Below are positions 1 to 10,043 of a stretch of 64,000 nucleotides of DNA, piece by piece. The translations under genes were made by a program, and so were the position numbers. Within the stretch, counting starts at the first letter, position 1. Every line of letters starts with the position of its first letter. The notes below the pieces were generated by a model. The model worked only from the letters and a program-made list of their open reading frames with translations, made no database searches and was not told where the DNA came from. This DNA is from an uncultured bacterium (GTDB taxonomy: Bacteria > Auribacterota > Erginobacteria > Erginobacterales > Erginobacteraceae). The stretch is from positions 1 to 64,000 of the forward strand of contig CAWGIE010000008.1 in the NCBI GenBank assembly GCA_963822585.1, read 5' to 3'.

Positions 1-2884
1 TATTGGCCATCAGAATCGGCCGCAGGCGGATCGCGCAAGCGCTGACGACGGCATCCTCGATCGACTTCCCTTCCTTGCGCAGGAGATTGCTGTAGTCCAC
101 GATGACGATGGTGTTGTTGATGACCAGCCCGACCAGCATGACCATAGCCATCAGGGAGAAGATATTCAACGAGGTGTCGGTCAAAAGGAGAGTGATGAAG
201 ACGGCGGACATGGCCAGGGGAAGAGAGAGCATGATCATCACCGGATACCGGTAGGACTCGAGGATCCCGGCCAGCATGAGGAAGGTCAGAATGATGGCCA
301 GGCCGAGGGCCATGAAGATGTCGCTGAAATTTTCCTGCATCCGCTCGATCTCTCCGCTGAAAAAGTAGGTATAGCCGGGGGGGAGGGCGGCTTCCGTCTT
401 CATGAAGTTTCTCAGCTTCCCGGCCACTTCCCCTGACGTGGCGCCGATCACGTTGGCCGATACCGTCACGATTCTTTCCCGGTCCTTCCTGGTGATCGTG
501 GTCGGGCCTTCCCGCATCTCTATCCGGCAGACGGCCGTCAGGGGAACGGGCAGGGAGTTTTTATCCAGGATCGAGATCTCCTTGATCTGCTCCCGGAAGT
601 TCCGGTTTTTTTCGTCCAGCTTGACCCGGATATCGAACTCATCGTCCATTTCCCTGAACGTGGAGGCCACTTCTCCGGTCAGCGCGTCGCGGATGGTTCG
701 GGCGATCTCCGCCACGGTGATCCCGTATTGACTTGCTCGCTCCCGTTCCGGGATGATCCAAATCTCCGGTTTTCCCGTTCTCCAGTCGGTGTCCACATCC
801 GCCGCTCCGGGGATGGACCGGGCGTAAGCGACCGTCCGGGCCGCCAGCTCATTGAGAATGTCGATATCATCACCATGGATCTCGAGCTGGATTGGTTTCT
901 CCCCGCCGCCGCCTCCCTGCCGTGTCTCCTGCTGGGTGAAAACCGCCCCCGGGATGGCGGCCAGAGCCGGTCGGATGGAATTCATGACCTGCTCGGTCGA
1001 CCGGGTTCTTTTAGCCTGATCGACCAGGTCGACGGTGATCTCGGCCAGGTTGATTCCCTGGTTGCTCCCCCCCAGCATCTGGCTCAGCTTCCCGATCGTG
1101 GTGAATATTTTTTCCTGCTCGGGAAGTTCCCGCAGAATGGCCTCCACCTGCCTGGCCACTTCATCGGTTGTCGCCAGGGTGGCCGCGACCGAGGTCTCGA
1201 TGGTGACCTTGAAGATCCCTTCATCCGCCCGGGGGAAGAATTCGGAACCGATCCGGGGGACGATCAGGAAAATGACCGCGACAAAGATCGCTATCGCCAG
1301 GCCGCTGACCGACCATTTGAAGCGGATGATCTTTCGGACCAGGTCTCCATAGCGATGGGAGAGGGATATGTAAAAGCGGTCCCAGTGCTCAAAGAGTTTC
1401 GCTTTCTTCTTCTTCTCCTTCAGGAACCGGGCGGCCAGCATGGGGGTCAGCGTATAGGAGACGAAGAGAGAGAATATGGTGGAAAAGACGACCGTCATGG
1501 CAAACTGGCGGAAGAATTGTCCGACGATGCTGGACATGAAAGCGATCGGTACGAAGACGACGATGTTGGTCAGGGTGGTGCTGGCGACCGCGGAGGCGAT
1601 CTCGGATGTCCCGACCCGGGCCGCTTCCACGCGCGTTTTCCCCATATCCAGGTAACGGTGAATATTTTCCAGTACCAGGATCGAGTTATTGACCAGGATC
1701 CCTACCGAGAGAGCCAGCCCCAGCATGCTCATGATGTTGATCGAGTAGCCGAAGATAAAGACGAGCAGGAAAGTGGAGACGATGCTTGTCGGCATGGCTA
1801 TCGTGAGAATAAGCGTGCTTCTGAGATCGTGGAGAAAAAGGAAGAGGCAGATCGCGGTCAGGAGGATCCCGATGGCCATGTTGTTCCAGACCTCGCTCAG
1901 GGAGCCGCGGATGAACTCCGAGTTATCCTCCGCGATGGCGATCCGGATATCCCCGGGGAGAGTCTTCTTCAGGGATTCGATGGTTTCTTTGACTCGATCC
2001 GCGACCGCTATCGTGTTGGCGTCGGCCCGCTTCCTGATAACCAGACCCAGTGCCGGCTTGTCCTGGAAACGGGCCAGTTCCCGGACCTCCTTGACCGTGT
2101 CCTTGATCTCAGCCAGGTCCGAAAGGCGCACTTCTTTCCCGTCGGGGGTCGGGATTTTCAGGCTGGCAAAACGCTCCACTTCCTCAATCTTCCCGGCCAG
2201 TCTGACCGTATACTCGGTCATCTGCTGGGTAATGTGTCCGGAAGGAAGTTCGAGATTGGCGGCACTGATGGCCCGGGCGATGTCCCCGGGCTTGAGGTGA
2301 TAGGCGTTAAGACGATCGAGGTCTATCGAGACCAGGATCTCCCGTTCCTGCCCCCCCACGATCTCGGTGGAAGCCACGCCTTTGATCTTGGCAAACTGGG
2401 GCTTGATCCTGTTATCGGCTATCAGATATAGATCCTGAGGCGAGTGCTGACCGGAGACGGCCAGCTGCATGATCGGTTTCGCGTTGATATCGAACTTTTG
2501 GATCAGTGGCTTGTCCGCTTCATCGGGCAGGTCCGGTTCCACCAGGGCCACCTTGTCCCGGACGTCCGCCGCGGCGACATCGACGTCCTGGTCGAGCTCA
2601 AACTCGAGCATGACCAGAGAGATCCCCTCCTTGGAGACGGATTTGATATGCTTCAGGCCTTCCGTGGTGCTCAACTCTTCTTCCAGAGGCTTGCTGATCA
2701 GGGTCTCGATCTCTCGGGGTCCGGCCCCCAAATAAGTGGTGGAGACGGTGATAACGGGGATGTCCACCGGAGGGAAAAGATCGATCGGAAGTTTTACGTA
2801 ACCGACGATCCCCAACAGGACGCAGATCAGGATGCATACCGTCATCAGGACGGGGCGTTTGATTGAAAGATCGGAGAGGAACAT
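1..2884 (-). CDS. RND efflux permease, AcrB/AcrD/AcrF family (3' end beyond left window edge)
   Basis: Minus-strand translation from ATG at 2884 gives MFLSDLSIKRPVLMT...; near the left edge it reads MVMLVGLVINNTIVIVDY and RLRPILM, both typical of RND transporters. Lies downstream of MFP and TolC genes. Not in the ORF track because it has no stop in the window. Confidence 0.95.
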   Translation of the reverse strand, partial: MFLSDLSIKRPVLMTVCILICVLLGIVGYVKLPIDLFPPVDIPVITVSTTYLGAGPREIETLISKPLEEELSTTEGLKHIKSVSKEGISLVMLEFELDQDVDVAAADVRDKVALVEPDLPDEADKPLIQKFDINAKPIMQLAVSGQHSPQDLYLIADNRIKPQFAKIKGVASTEIVGGQEREILVSIDLDRLNAYHLKPGDIARAISAANLELPSGHITQQMTEYTVRLAGKIEEVERFASLKIPTPDGKEVRLSDLAEIKDTVKEVRELARFQDKPALGLVIRKRADANTIAVADRVKETIESLKKTLPGDIRIAIAEDNSEFIRGSLSEVWNNMAIGILLTAICLFLFLHDLRSTLILTIAMPTSIVSTFLLVFIFGYSINIMSMLGLALSVGILVNNSILVLENIHRYLDMGKTRVEAARVGTSEIASAVASTTLTNIVVFVPIAFMSSIVGQFFRQFAMTVVFSTIFSLFVSYTLTPMLAARFLKEKKKKAKLFEHWDRFYISLSHRYGDLVRKIIRFKWSVSGLAIAIFVAVIFLIVPRIGSEFFPRADEGIFKVTIETSVAATLATTDEVARQVEAILRELPEQEKIFTTIGKLSQMLGGSNQGINLAEITVDLVDQAKRTRSTEQVMNSIRPALAAIPGAVFTQQETRQGGGGGEKPIQLEIHGDDIDILNELAARTVAYARSIPGAADVDTDWRTGKPEIWIIPERERASQYGITVAEIARTIRDALTGEVASTFREMDDEFDIRVKLDEKNRNFREQIKEISILDKNSLPVPLTAVCRIEMREGPTTITRKDRERIVTVSANVIGATSGEVAGKLRNFMKTEAALPPGYTYFFSGEIERMQENFSDIFMALGLAIILTFLMLAGILESYRYPVMIMLSLPLAMSAVFITLLLTDTSLNIFSLMAMVMLVGLVINNTIVIVDYSNLLRKEGKSIEDAVVSACAIRLRPILMAN

Positions 2885-2948
2885 GGTGTTGGTGTATCCC
2901 TATCTGCTATGAATTTTTATATATTTTTGCGAGAAGCCAACTGTAAGA

Positions 2949-3052
2949 CAGTAATCGGTTATCGGTAATCAGTGGCCTCGCTCGGCTGTAAGTCATTGAT
3001 CACCGATTACTGATCACCGATTACTGATTACCGATTACTGATCACTGATTAC
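2949..3052. repeat. Inverted tandem-heptamer element (GTRATCR units / YGATYAC units), family 1
   Basis: Left arm cagtaatcggttatcggtaatcagt, ~20 bp spacer, right arm of ~8 reverse-complement units overlapping the MFP stop codon. Confidence 0.9.
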
Positions 3053-4126
3053 TTTCACCTTGTTGCCATCGGCCAGGCGGTCCTGTCCGCTGATCACCAC
3101 TGAAGCATCCGCCGGCAATCCTGCGGTTATTTCGATCTGGCCCCGGTAGGCGACCCCGGGGGTGACCGGCTGGAATCGTACGAGCCCCGTGTTTTCTTCC
3201 ACCAGAAAAACACCCTGTTCACCGCGTGAATTCTTCACGATCGCTTCCTGGGGAAGGACCGTGGCTCCGTGATGAAGATCGATGACGATCTCCACCCGCA
3301 CGTACATCCCGGGCTTGAGGAGTCCATCCGGATTGGGTATCTTGATCTTTACCGTGAAAAGACGGCTGCTGCCCTGCGCGGTCGGGTTGATCGTGTCGAC
3401 TTTCGCCTCCCAGACACGGCCTGGGTAGGCGTCCGGGTAGACCAGGGCGGTCTGTCCGATTTTGACCTCCCGGATCAGCATTTCGGATACCGGGCAGTGG
3501 ACCTCTACGTTTGTAATGTCGACGATCTCCAGAATGGGTTTCCCTTCGTCGGAGAGTTCTCCCGGTTCCTTGTAGCGGTGGGAGACCAGGCCGGTCAAAG
3601 GTGAGTTGATCCGCGTGTCCTGGAGCATATCCCTGGCCTTCAGGTAGGTCGCCTCGGCCTGGTCCACTTTTACGCCGGCCTGGTCAAACTCCTGGCGGGA
3701 GATGGCCCCCGCCTCGAAAAGGGCCTGCGCCCGCTGGAAATTGCGCTTTTCCTCATCCAAAGCGGTTTGCCCGGCCTTGACGCTGCTCTCGATGGATTCC
3801 TTCTCCAAAAAAATGGCGGTGTCGCCCCGATTGATCCGATCGCCCTCGTCCACCGTGATGGAGTCGATCATCCGGTTCACCCGGGATACCAGGACGGCTC
3901 GGGTCTCCGGTTCGATGGTCCCGTCGAGGAGAAGAACCACCGGCATGTCCGTTCTGGCCGGGGAAGTCGTTTTCACTGGAATCCCCTCCCGCTTCTGTAT
4001 GCCCTCGATGGACGGCGGTCGCACGATTTGTTTTTTCGCCTCAATTTTCCAGAGGACGGCTCCCGCCAGGAAGGCGGCCGCCCCGATCAGGATAATAAGC
4101 AGCAGTATTTTTTTCTTTGTTTTCAT
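3035..4126 (-). CDS. RND efflux periplasmic adaptor (membrane fusion protein)
   Basis: N-terminal TM anchor, lipoyl-like halves, GAISRQEFDQA hairpin, I-x-SP-x-x-G, LKPGMY motif; position within the operon. Confidence 0.95.
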   Translation of the reverse strand: MKTKKKILLLIILIGAAAFLAGAVLWKIEAKKQIVRPPSIEGIQKREGIPVKTTSPARTDMPVVLLLDGTIEPETRAVLVSRVNRMIDSITVDEGDRINRGDTAIFLEKESIESSVKAGQTALDEEKRNFQRAQALFEAGAISRQEFDQAGVKVDQAEATYLKARDMLQDTRINSPLTGLVSHRYKEPGELSDEGKPILEIVDITNVEVHCPVSEMLIREVKIGQTALVYPDAYPGRVWEAKVDTINPTAQGSSRLFTVKIKIPNPDGLLKPGMYVRVEIVIDLHHGATVLPQEAIVKNSRGEQGVFLVEENTGLVRFQPVTPGVAYRGQIEITAGLPADASVVISGQDRLADGNKVKVISDQ

Positions 4127-4127
4127 A

Positions 4128-5489
4128 TCAGCTCTCGGTTTTTGATTCAGTCTCGACGGCCCCCCGAATCTCCGGCAGGGGCATCCCCATCATCTGGGCG
4201 AGTTTGGCCAGGGATATCCAATGAGCGGCCAGGGCCTCCTGGAGCATCAATCTGGCATCCGAGAGGTTCAGTTCGGAGTCGGTCAGTTCCAGCGAAGTAC
4301 TGATGCCGTTCTCCCAGCGGATGCGGGCGATCCGGTAGGCCGCTTCCGCCTGTTCCACCGTTTCTCTCTGGGATTCAAATGCCTTCTGGGCGGCCTGTAT
4401 GTCTAAGTAGGCCTGCTTGATTCCCAGAAGCACCGTCCGGGTCGTGTCTTCGGTATCGATTTTTGCCTGATTGTAGAGGGCCTTTGCTTCCTGTACCCGC
4501 CCCGGGGTCATCAAACCGTCAAAAAGATCCCACTTCAGCGCGGCGCCCGCCAGCCACTCGAATTCGAACCGGTCTTCGGGGGGAAGACCGCTCTGCGGCT
4601 GCTCGCCCTGATAAGTGGCGAAGACGGAAAGACTGGGCTGGTACCCGGAATGAGAGGCCCGAAGATTCTGTTCCTGGATTTGCTCCTGGAGAAGCACCTG
4701 TTTCAAAAGCGGCCGGTGATCGAGTCCGAGGCGGTTAAGTTCATCCAGCCCCGCCTGGAAAGGGCGGTAGGAAAGCTCGCCGGTGATATCGAAATCCGCG
4801 GCCTCGATGCCCATCTCCCGGAGAAGGGAAGTCTTCAGTATGTCGACGCGGTTCTCGGCCTGGATCAGGGGCGGCCGCGAATTCGCCAGCCGGACCCGGG
4901 CGGTGATGAGGTCGAACTCCGAAGTTGTCCCCTGGTCATATCTTTTCTGGGTTATCTCCAGGGAATCCTCCATGTGGGCGACGGTGTCGCGGCGGACCCG
5001 GACGATCCCTTCCTGCAAAAGCAAAAGGTAGAAATTTTCCTTCACCCGGTAAGTCACTTCAACCAGAGCTTCCTGGAAATATACCTCGGCGTATTCGTTA
5101 TAAAGAGAGGCTGCTTTTATCCCCGCCAATATCCGGCCGCCTTTATAGAGGTTCTGCTCGATCGTGACGCCGGCGTTGTAGTTATCATGAAGGTTGAGGG
5201 GAAGTTCACCCATCTCGGTTTCATACGATTGGATCCGGTTCAGGTACGTATAGCCGGCTTCACCGGAAATATGCGGGATTGCCTCGGAGAAGGCCTGGAG
5301 CTCGCGGCCACCGGCGGCTTCGATCTCCTGGAGGGCCCTGAGGATGATGGGGTTCTTTTCATATGCCAGCTCCAGGCATCTCTCCAGTGAATACGGACCG
5401 GCGGGGGCGGCCGGCTCGCCGTTGAGATCGCCCCCGATCGCCGCCAGGAAGATGCCGAAAACCGTCAATGCTGTCGAGCCGGCTTTCAT
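4128..5489 (-). CDS. TolC-family outer membrane efflux protein
   Basis: Signal peptide, two OEP-like repeats (RYDQGTTSEFDL; RWENGISTSLEL); operon context. Confidence 0.93.
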   Translation of the reverse strand: MKAGSTALTVFGIFLAAIGGDLNGEPAAPAGPYSLERCLELAYEKNPIILRALQEIEAAGGRELQAFSEAIPHISGEAGYTYLNRIQSYETEMGELPLNLHDNYNAGVTIEQNLYKGGRILAGIKAASLYNEYAEVYFQEALVEVTYRVKENFYLLLLQEGIVRVRRDTVAHMEDSLEITQKRYDQGTTSEFDLITARVRLANSRPPLIQAENRVDILKTSLLREMGIEAADFDITGELSYRPFQAGLDELNRLGLDHRPLLKQVLLQEQIQEQNLRASHSGYQPSLSVFATYQGEQPQSGLPPEDRFEFEWLAGAALKWDLFDGLMTPGRVQEAKALYNQAKIDTEDTTRTVLLGIKQAYLDIQAAQKAFESQRETVEQAEAAYRIARIRWENGISTSLELTDSELNLSDARLMLQEALAAHWISLAKLAQMMGMPLPEIRGAVETESKTES

Positions 5490-6067
5490 CTCGCTCCGAT
5501 GCCCTTGAACAGTATCTCGATGATCTCTTCCGGCGGGGTGAGAGGGATCCTTTTCGTGCCCTTGAGGAAGACCAGCATCTGGCCGTGAAGGATCCCCATC
5601 AGCTGGAGGCTCAGTTTCATCGGGTCGAGGGAACGAAAAACTCCGGCTTCCATCCCTTCCCGGAATATCCGGGCGATAATCTCGATGCTGGTCCGGCCGT
5701 ATTCCTCGACGTCGACTTCGGGGGCGAAAGTGTCACCACGGTAGAAAGCCATCAATGTCAGCTTCACCTGTTCGGGATGCTTCCGGCAGTGTTCCAGGTT
5801 GTACTTTGCCACCCGGATGAGCTTGTCCCGGGGGGGAGTCTTCTCCGCGGCGATGGCGGCGACCTCCCGGTTGAACCTCTCGAAGTTTTCCTCGATCAGG
5901 GCGCGGTACAGTTCTTCCTTGGAAGGGAAGTAGTAGTAGAGGGTGGGTTTGGTGACCCCGCTCTTCTCGACGATCTCCCGGGTGGAAGCCCCCGCGAATC
6001 CCTTCTCGGTGAAGAGGCGCAGGGCCGTCTCCATGAGTCGTTGTTTGGTTTCAAGAGGTTCTTTCAT
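5486..6067 (-). CDS. TetR/AcrR family transcriptional regulator
   Basis: LFTEKGFAGASTREIVEKSGVTKPTLYYYFPSKEEL HTH signature. Confidence 0.96.
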   Translation of the reverse strand: MKEPLETKQRLMETALRLFTEKGFAGASTREIVEKSGVTKPTLYYYFPSKEELYRALIEENFERFNREVAAIAAEKTPPRDKLIRVAKYNLEHCRKHPEQVKLTLMAFYRGDTFAPEVDVEEYGRTSIEIIARIFREGMEAGVFRSLDPMKLSLQLMGILHGQMLVFLKGTKRIPLTPPEEIIEILFKGIGAR

Positions 6068-6072
6068 TATGC

Positions 6073-6114
6073 ATACCTACCGGTAGGTATACCAGAGGGT
6101 GGAAAGTCTGTCAA
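6073..6114 (-). promoter_or_regulatory. sigma70-type promoter with overlapping perfect 18-bp palindrome (probable TetR operator)
   Basis: Minus strand TTGACA (6114-6109), 17 bp, TATACC (6091-6086); palindrome ATACCTACCGGTAGGTAT at 6073-6090. Confidence 0.8.
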
Positions 6115-6205
6115 TAGGGTGTAATGAAAAAAATCGGGACGGGAGGAAGAGGGAAAGATAGTGTTCGCATAACCCCGCCGGGGCACGGTGGGTCGGGAGC
6201 TGGGA

Positions 6206-7042
6206 TTACGAAGGCCGGTCTTTCGAGGGCGTGGTCTGAGCGGCGTTGGCCGCGGCTTGTTTCAGGGCCAGGATCTCGTTTTCGATCTGCTGGCTGGAGG
6301 TCTGGCTGGTGTAGAGGCCGACCAGCCGGGCGACCAGGATGGCAAGGTAGAGCTGCCCGACCATCGCTTCCAGGTTGGCGAGGACCATCGCCAGTTCGCT
6401 CTCGGGGATGATATCGCCGTATCCGGTCGTGCTCAAAGTCGCGAAGCTGAAATACTGGGTTTCGCCAAAACTGCTGATCTTCACTCCGTCGGAGCGGCTG
6501 ACGGAACCCCGCTTGATCAACTCCAGCGAGGAGAAGAGAAAGGACCACAAGACCCCCAGCAGGAGGTAGACCACGATCGCTCCGTATATCTTGTTCACGG
6601 TGACCCGGGCCCCGGAGAAGAGGTCCTTGATGATCAGGATAATGAGGACGAGAACGAGAAAGGCATAACCGATCAGGGTGATAAAACTGAGCAGGTGGAA
6701 CCAGAAAAGCTGTCCGGATAGCTGAGAGAGACCGGCACCGTCCGGGAAGAGGTCTCCCTTTTTCCGCAGGGTCGCGTAGAGAACGTTCTGGGCAACGTCG
6801 GCCGTGAAGGCGACGGCGATGATCAGTTTTATTCCCGTCTTGAAGAACGGTCTTTCCGGAGCCACCCCCTTGGTGGAGATCATCTTGATCGCGGCCAGGA
6901 GCAGGGCCAGGAAGAAGATCGAAACGATTATGTTGTCGAGGACGGCCTGCTGAACCTCGATGAAGGGCATCACCATGGTCAGGGCGACCAGGGCGATGAG
7001 GAGCAGTAAGTAGGAACGGGTTTTGGCGGATGGTATAAACAT
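6206..7042 (-). CDS. Potassium channel family protein
   Basis: Several TM helices; pore motif YFSFATLSTTGYGDIIP. Confidence 0.88.
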   Translation of the reverse strand: MFIPSAKTRSYLLLLIALVALTMVMPFIEVQQAVLDNIIVSIFFLALLLAAIKMISTKGVAPERPFFKTGIKLIIAVAFTADVAQNVLYATLRKKGDLFPDGAGLSQLSGQLFWFHLLSFITLIGYAFLVLVLIILIIKDLFSGARVTVNKIYGAIVVYLLLGVLWSFLFSSLELIKRGSVSRSDGVKISSFGETQYFSFATLSTTGYGDIIPESELAMVLANLEAMVGQLYLAILVARLVGLYTSQTSSQQIENEILALKQAAANAAQTTPSKDRPS

Positions 7043-7132
7043 GGCTGATAACCGAACCGGCCCGATTGAATACTCCTTATACTATGACTGCAGAATAACG
7101 TCCATTACAAGTTAGCGCCTCCGGCGCAACTT

Positions 7133-7194
7133 AGTGTAAAGTTTAAAGTGTAAAGTGTAAGGGATCTTTACACTTTACGCCTGACACTTTACAC
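7133..7194. repeat. Inverted tandem-heptamer element (TGTAAAG / CTTTACA)
   Basis: agtgtaaagtttaaagtgtaaagtgtaa ... tttacactttacgcctgacactttacac. Confidence 0.8.
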
Positions 7195-7267
7195 AATGTT
7201 TTGAAATCCCGAAGCAACCCCGACAAATCGGGATGCAAGCATGAGTTAGCGTTTTCGGCTTAACTTC

Positions 7268-7322
7268 GTAGTGCAGGACTTCAGTCCTGCTTATTTTGGG
7301 CAGGGCTGAAGCCCTGCACTAC
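7268..7322. repeat. GTAG-type REP doublet (REPIN-like)
   Basis: GTAG-tgcaggacttcagtcctgc-N9-gcagggctgaagccctgca-CTAC: two inverted hairpins bounded by GTAG/CTAC. Confidence 0.7.
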
Positions 7323-7543
7323 GACAATTATTGAAAAATCCAAAGCAGGTACTTTTTGCTCAACAAATGAAAACGATTCAGGTAAAATCTTCGCCGGAGA
7401 ATGAATATTTTTAACTGTTCCGAGAATTCGATAATGAGTTACTATTATTCCGCTGTTGCGCAATTTTAATATGGTTGTCTTTGTTCAAAACGTAAATTTG
7501 CGGACCCCGATGAATCGGGGTAAACTGCGTGAGCTCATTTATT

Positions 7544-8992
7544 ATGAAGAAGACGAAAATAGTCTGCACGATCGGACCCGCCTCGTCCGCCCCGGCAGTG
7601 ATCGAAAAGATGATAGAGGCGGGGATGGACGTGGCCCGACTGAACTTTTCCCACGGAACTCATGAGGAGCACGCCGCCGTGATCCGGTCGATCAGGGAAA
7701 CCGCTGAAAAGCTGAACCGCCCGGTCGCCATTTTGACCGATATCGCCGGTCCGAAAATCCGGATCGGGGAAATCGCGGCCGGCTCGGTCGAGCTGAAAAG
7801 CGGGCGGAACTTCTGTCTCACCGACCGACCCGTCCCCGGCGACGAAAAAGAGGTGTCGGTAAACTACCGGGGGCTGCCCACACTGGTGCGGAAGGGCGAC
7901 CGGATCCTCCTCAGCGACGGGGCGCTGGAACTGGAGGTGATCCGCCGCACGGCCGACCGGATCGTCTGCCGGGTCATCACCGGGGGCACTCTCAGTTCCC
8001 ATAAAGGGGTCAACCTTCCCACCCGTTCGACCGGGATCCCGATCCTGACCGAAAAGGACCGAAAGGACCTGCGGTTCATCGCCGGGCAGGATGTCGATTA
8101 TATCGGTATTTCCTTCGTCAGGACGGCGGAAGAAGTGAAGAAAGTCCGCTTGCTGCTCGCGAAGAGAAAAAGCCGCGCCGCGCTGGTAGCCAAGATCGAA
8201 AAACCGGAGGCGGCCAGGAACCTGGACTCCATCATTGACGCCGCCGATGGGATCATGGTCGCCCGGGGCGACCTGGGCGTGGAGATCCCCTACGCGGAGG
8301 TGCCGGTTCTCCAGAAGACGATTATCTCCCGGGCTCGCCGGGCGGGCAAACCGGTGATCACGGCTACTCAGATGATGGAGTCGATGGTGGAAAGCCCCCG
8401 TCCCACCCGGGCCGAGGTCTCCGATGTGGCGGGAGCTATCTTCGACGGCACCGATGCCGTTATGCTCTCGGAAGAGACCGCCGCCGGCAAGTATCCCGTC
8501 CAGGCCGTCCAGGCGATGGCCGGGATCGCCCGGGAGATCGATGCCGATCCCGTTTACCGGAAGTGGACCCGGGAATGGGTCGAAAAAATGTTCGATTGGG
8601 AGGAAAAACTGCCGGTGGAGGAATCGGTCGCCCGCTCGGCCTGCTCTCTGGCCGAAGGAATCGGCGCCGCCTGCATCGTCACCCACACCGCGACCGGAAG
8701 CGCCGCCCGCCGGGTGGCCAAATACCGTCCGCCTGTCAATATACTGGCGGTGACTTCCAGTGTTGCCACCTGCCGGTCTCTCGCCCTGGTCTGGGGGGTG
8801 GTCCCGCTCCTGATCCCCCCTACCGACGATTTCGAAGAGGTGGTCCGGCAGACCGCCGCCCTCTCCCTGAAATCGGGTCTTCTGAAAAAAGGGGATTTGG
8901 TGGTTACGACGGCCGGCGTGCCGCTCAATCACCCCGGGCATACCAACGTGATCAGGGTGATGACGGTGGGGGAGGGGTGGAAAACCTTCTGA
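7544..8992 (+). CDS. pyk: Pyruvate kinase
   Basis: KTKIVCTIGPAS, ARLNFSHG, DGIMVARGDLGVE, ATQMMESM, DAVMLSEETA; ATG at 7544 preferred over the upstream GTG. Confidence 0.98.
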   Translation: MKKTKIVCTIGPASSAPAVIEKMIEAGMDVARLNFSHGTHEEHAAVIRSIRETAEKLNRPVAILTDIAGPKIRIGEIAAGSVELKSGRNFCLTDRPVPGDEKEVSVNYRGLPTLVRKGDRILLSDGALELEVIRRTADRIVCRVITGGTLSSHKGVNLPTRSTGIPILTEKDRKDLRFIAGQDVDYIGISFVRTAEEVKKVRLLLAKRKSRAALVAKIEKPEAARNLDSIIDAADGIMVARGDLGVEIPYAEVPVLQKTIISRARRAGKPVITATQMMESMVESPRPTRAEVSDVAGAIFDGTDAVMLSEETAAGKYPVQAVQAMAGIAREIDADPVYRKWTREWVEKMFDWEEKLPVEESVARSACSLAEGIGAACIVTHTATGSAARRVAKYRPPVNILAVTSSVATCRSLALVWGVVPLLIPPTDDFEEVVRQTAALSLKSGLLKKGDLVVTTAGVPLNHPGHTNVIRVMTVGEGWKTF

Positions 8993-9050
8993 GGAGTCAG
9001 GGTTCAGGGTTCAGGGGGCAGGGGAAGGCGGAAGGAGAAGAACGACAATA

Positions 9051-9273
9051 AGTAATCGGTAATCAGTGATCAGTGATCGGTGATCGGTTCTGTGCCGGGC
9101 CAGCGTACTGATTACTGATCACCGATTACCGATTACTGATTAAAGGACGAACGTCCAACCCCGCGAAGCGGGGCAAGCGTCGAATTTTCCGCCTTTGGCG
9201 GACGTTCAGCGTCCAACGTACAAAGAAGCGCGGCCAAGGTGTACTGATTACCGGTCACCGATTACTGATTACC
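9051..9273. repeat. Composite intergenic repeat: family 1 inverted element (9051-9141), heptamer run with two short palindromes (9147-9219), extra family 1 arm (9242-9273)
   Basis: Directly visible tandem GTRATCR/YGATYAC units; CCCCGCGAAGCGGGG (9159-9173); TCCGCCTTTGGCGGA (9188-9202). Confidence 0.85.
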
Positions 9274-9290
9274 GCAAAAAGGAGATATCG

Positions 9291-9833
9291 TTGAAAAAAC
9301 AGCTGTTGATTGTCCTGTTGGTGTTGTCAACTGTTTCGGTTGCCGCCGCTCTCCCGGCGGCGGACTTCCGGGAGGCGGACTGGGGGATGGGCGTGAAAGA
9401 GGTCCGGCTGACCGAGAAAAACCTGCTTCCGGTTGTAGATAACGAAACCTCCGCCGGAAGCGGTTATATCCTGGGTCTTAAGTATAGCGGGACCCTGGGC
9501 GGTTCCCCGGCCATGATCAGCTACTTTTTCTCCCGGGGAAAACTGGTCCAGGGGGAGTATTATATCGAATCGAACATCCTCAAGGACTCCAGCGGGACCT
9601 ATCAGAAGATCAAGAGTACGCTCTACCAGAAGTACGGCGATCCCATCTCCGAGGTGGAGAAACGGTCCGACGATCTCTTTCGGATACCGCTGGGATGGGT
9701 GGTGAAGTGGCGGACGGAGAGGAGCGGGATCGTGCTCTCGATCAAGGAGCCGGAAGGATCGATCACCCTGACCTACACGGACCGGACGTTTCAGGACGTT
9801 AGTGTGCCGAAGAGTCTTGAACAACAACTGTAG
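9291..9833 (+). CDS. Hypothetical exported protein
   Basis: AGGAG RBS before TTG at 9291; signal-peptide-like N-terminus; the longer ORF start simply reads through repeats. Confidence 0.8.
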   Translation: MKKQLLIVLLVLSTVSVAAALPAADFREADWGMGVKEVRLTEKNLLPVVDNETSAGSGYILGLKYSGTLGGSPAMISYFFSRGKLVQGEYYIESNILKDSSGTYQKIKSTLYQKYGDPISEVEKRSDDLFRIPLGWVVKWRTERSGIVLSIKEPEGSITLTYTDRTFQDVSVPKSLEQQL

Positions 9834-9879
9834 GAGTAGTAAGAGCCAGAGAAGTACTGGAATCATACTCCTCTTGCCT

Positions 9880-9971
9880 AATGGAGTGATGGAATGATGG
9901 AGTCATGGAATGATGGGTAAACTCCCGCGCCGCGCCCGGCGGCTTCCAACACTCCATTATTCCAGCACTCC
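9880..9971. repeat. Inverted tandem-octamer element (TGGARTRA / TYAYTCCA), family 2
   Basis: atggagtgatggaatgatggagtcatggaatgatgg - GC-rich spacer - tccaacactccattattccagcactcc. Confidence 0.85.
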
Positions 9972-10043
9972 CTGTTGGCAGTGCCCAGGTGTTTATGTCC
10001 CGGGTAAACAATGGATAATTAAACCGGGTTTACAATAAAAATC

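Noticed and set aside
402..2866. Long plus-strand ORFs (e.g. 728-2431, 567 aa)
   Set aside because: Antisense shadows of the RND permease on the minus strand
7535..8941. Long antisense ORFs over pyk (also over uvrA, dnaE, aspS, the AEP genes and others)
   Set aside because: Expected in GC-rich coding DNA; the opposite strand carries recognisable proteins
9195..9290. N-terminal extensions in the ORF track (9195, 26521, 43153, 52571, 52728, 56473)
   Set aside because: They read through repeats or intergenic DNA; downstream starts fit RBS, signal peptide or family N-termini better
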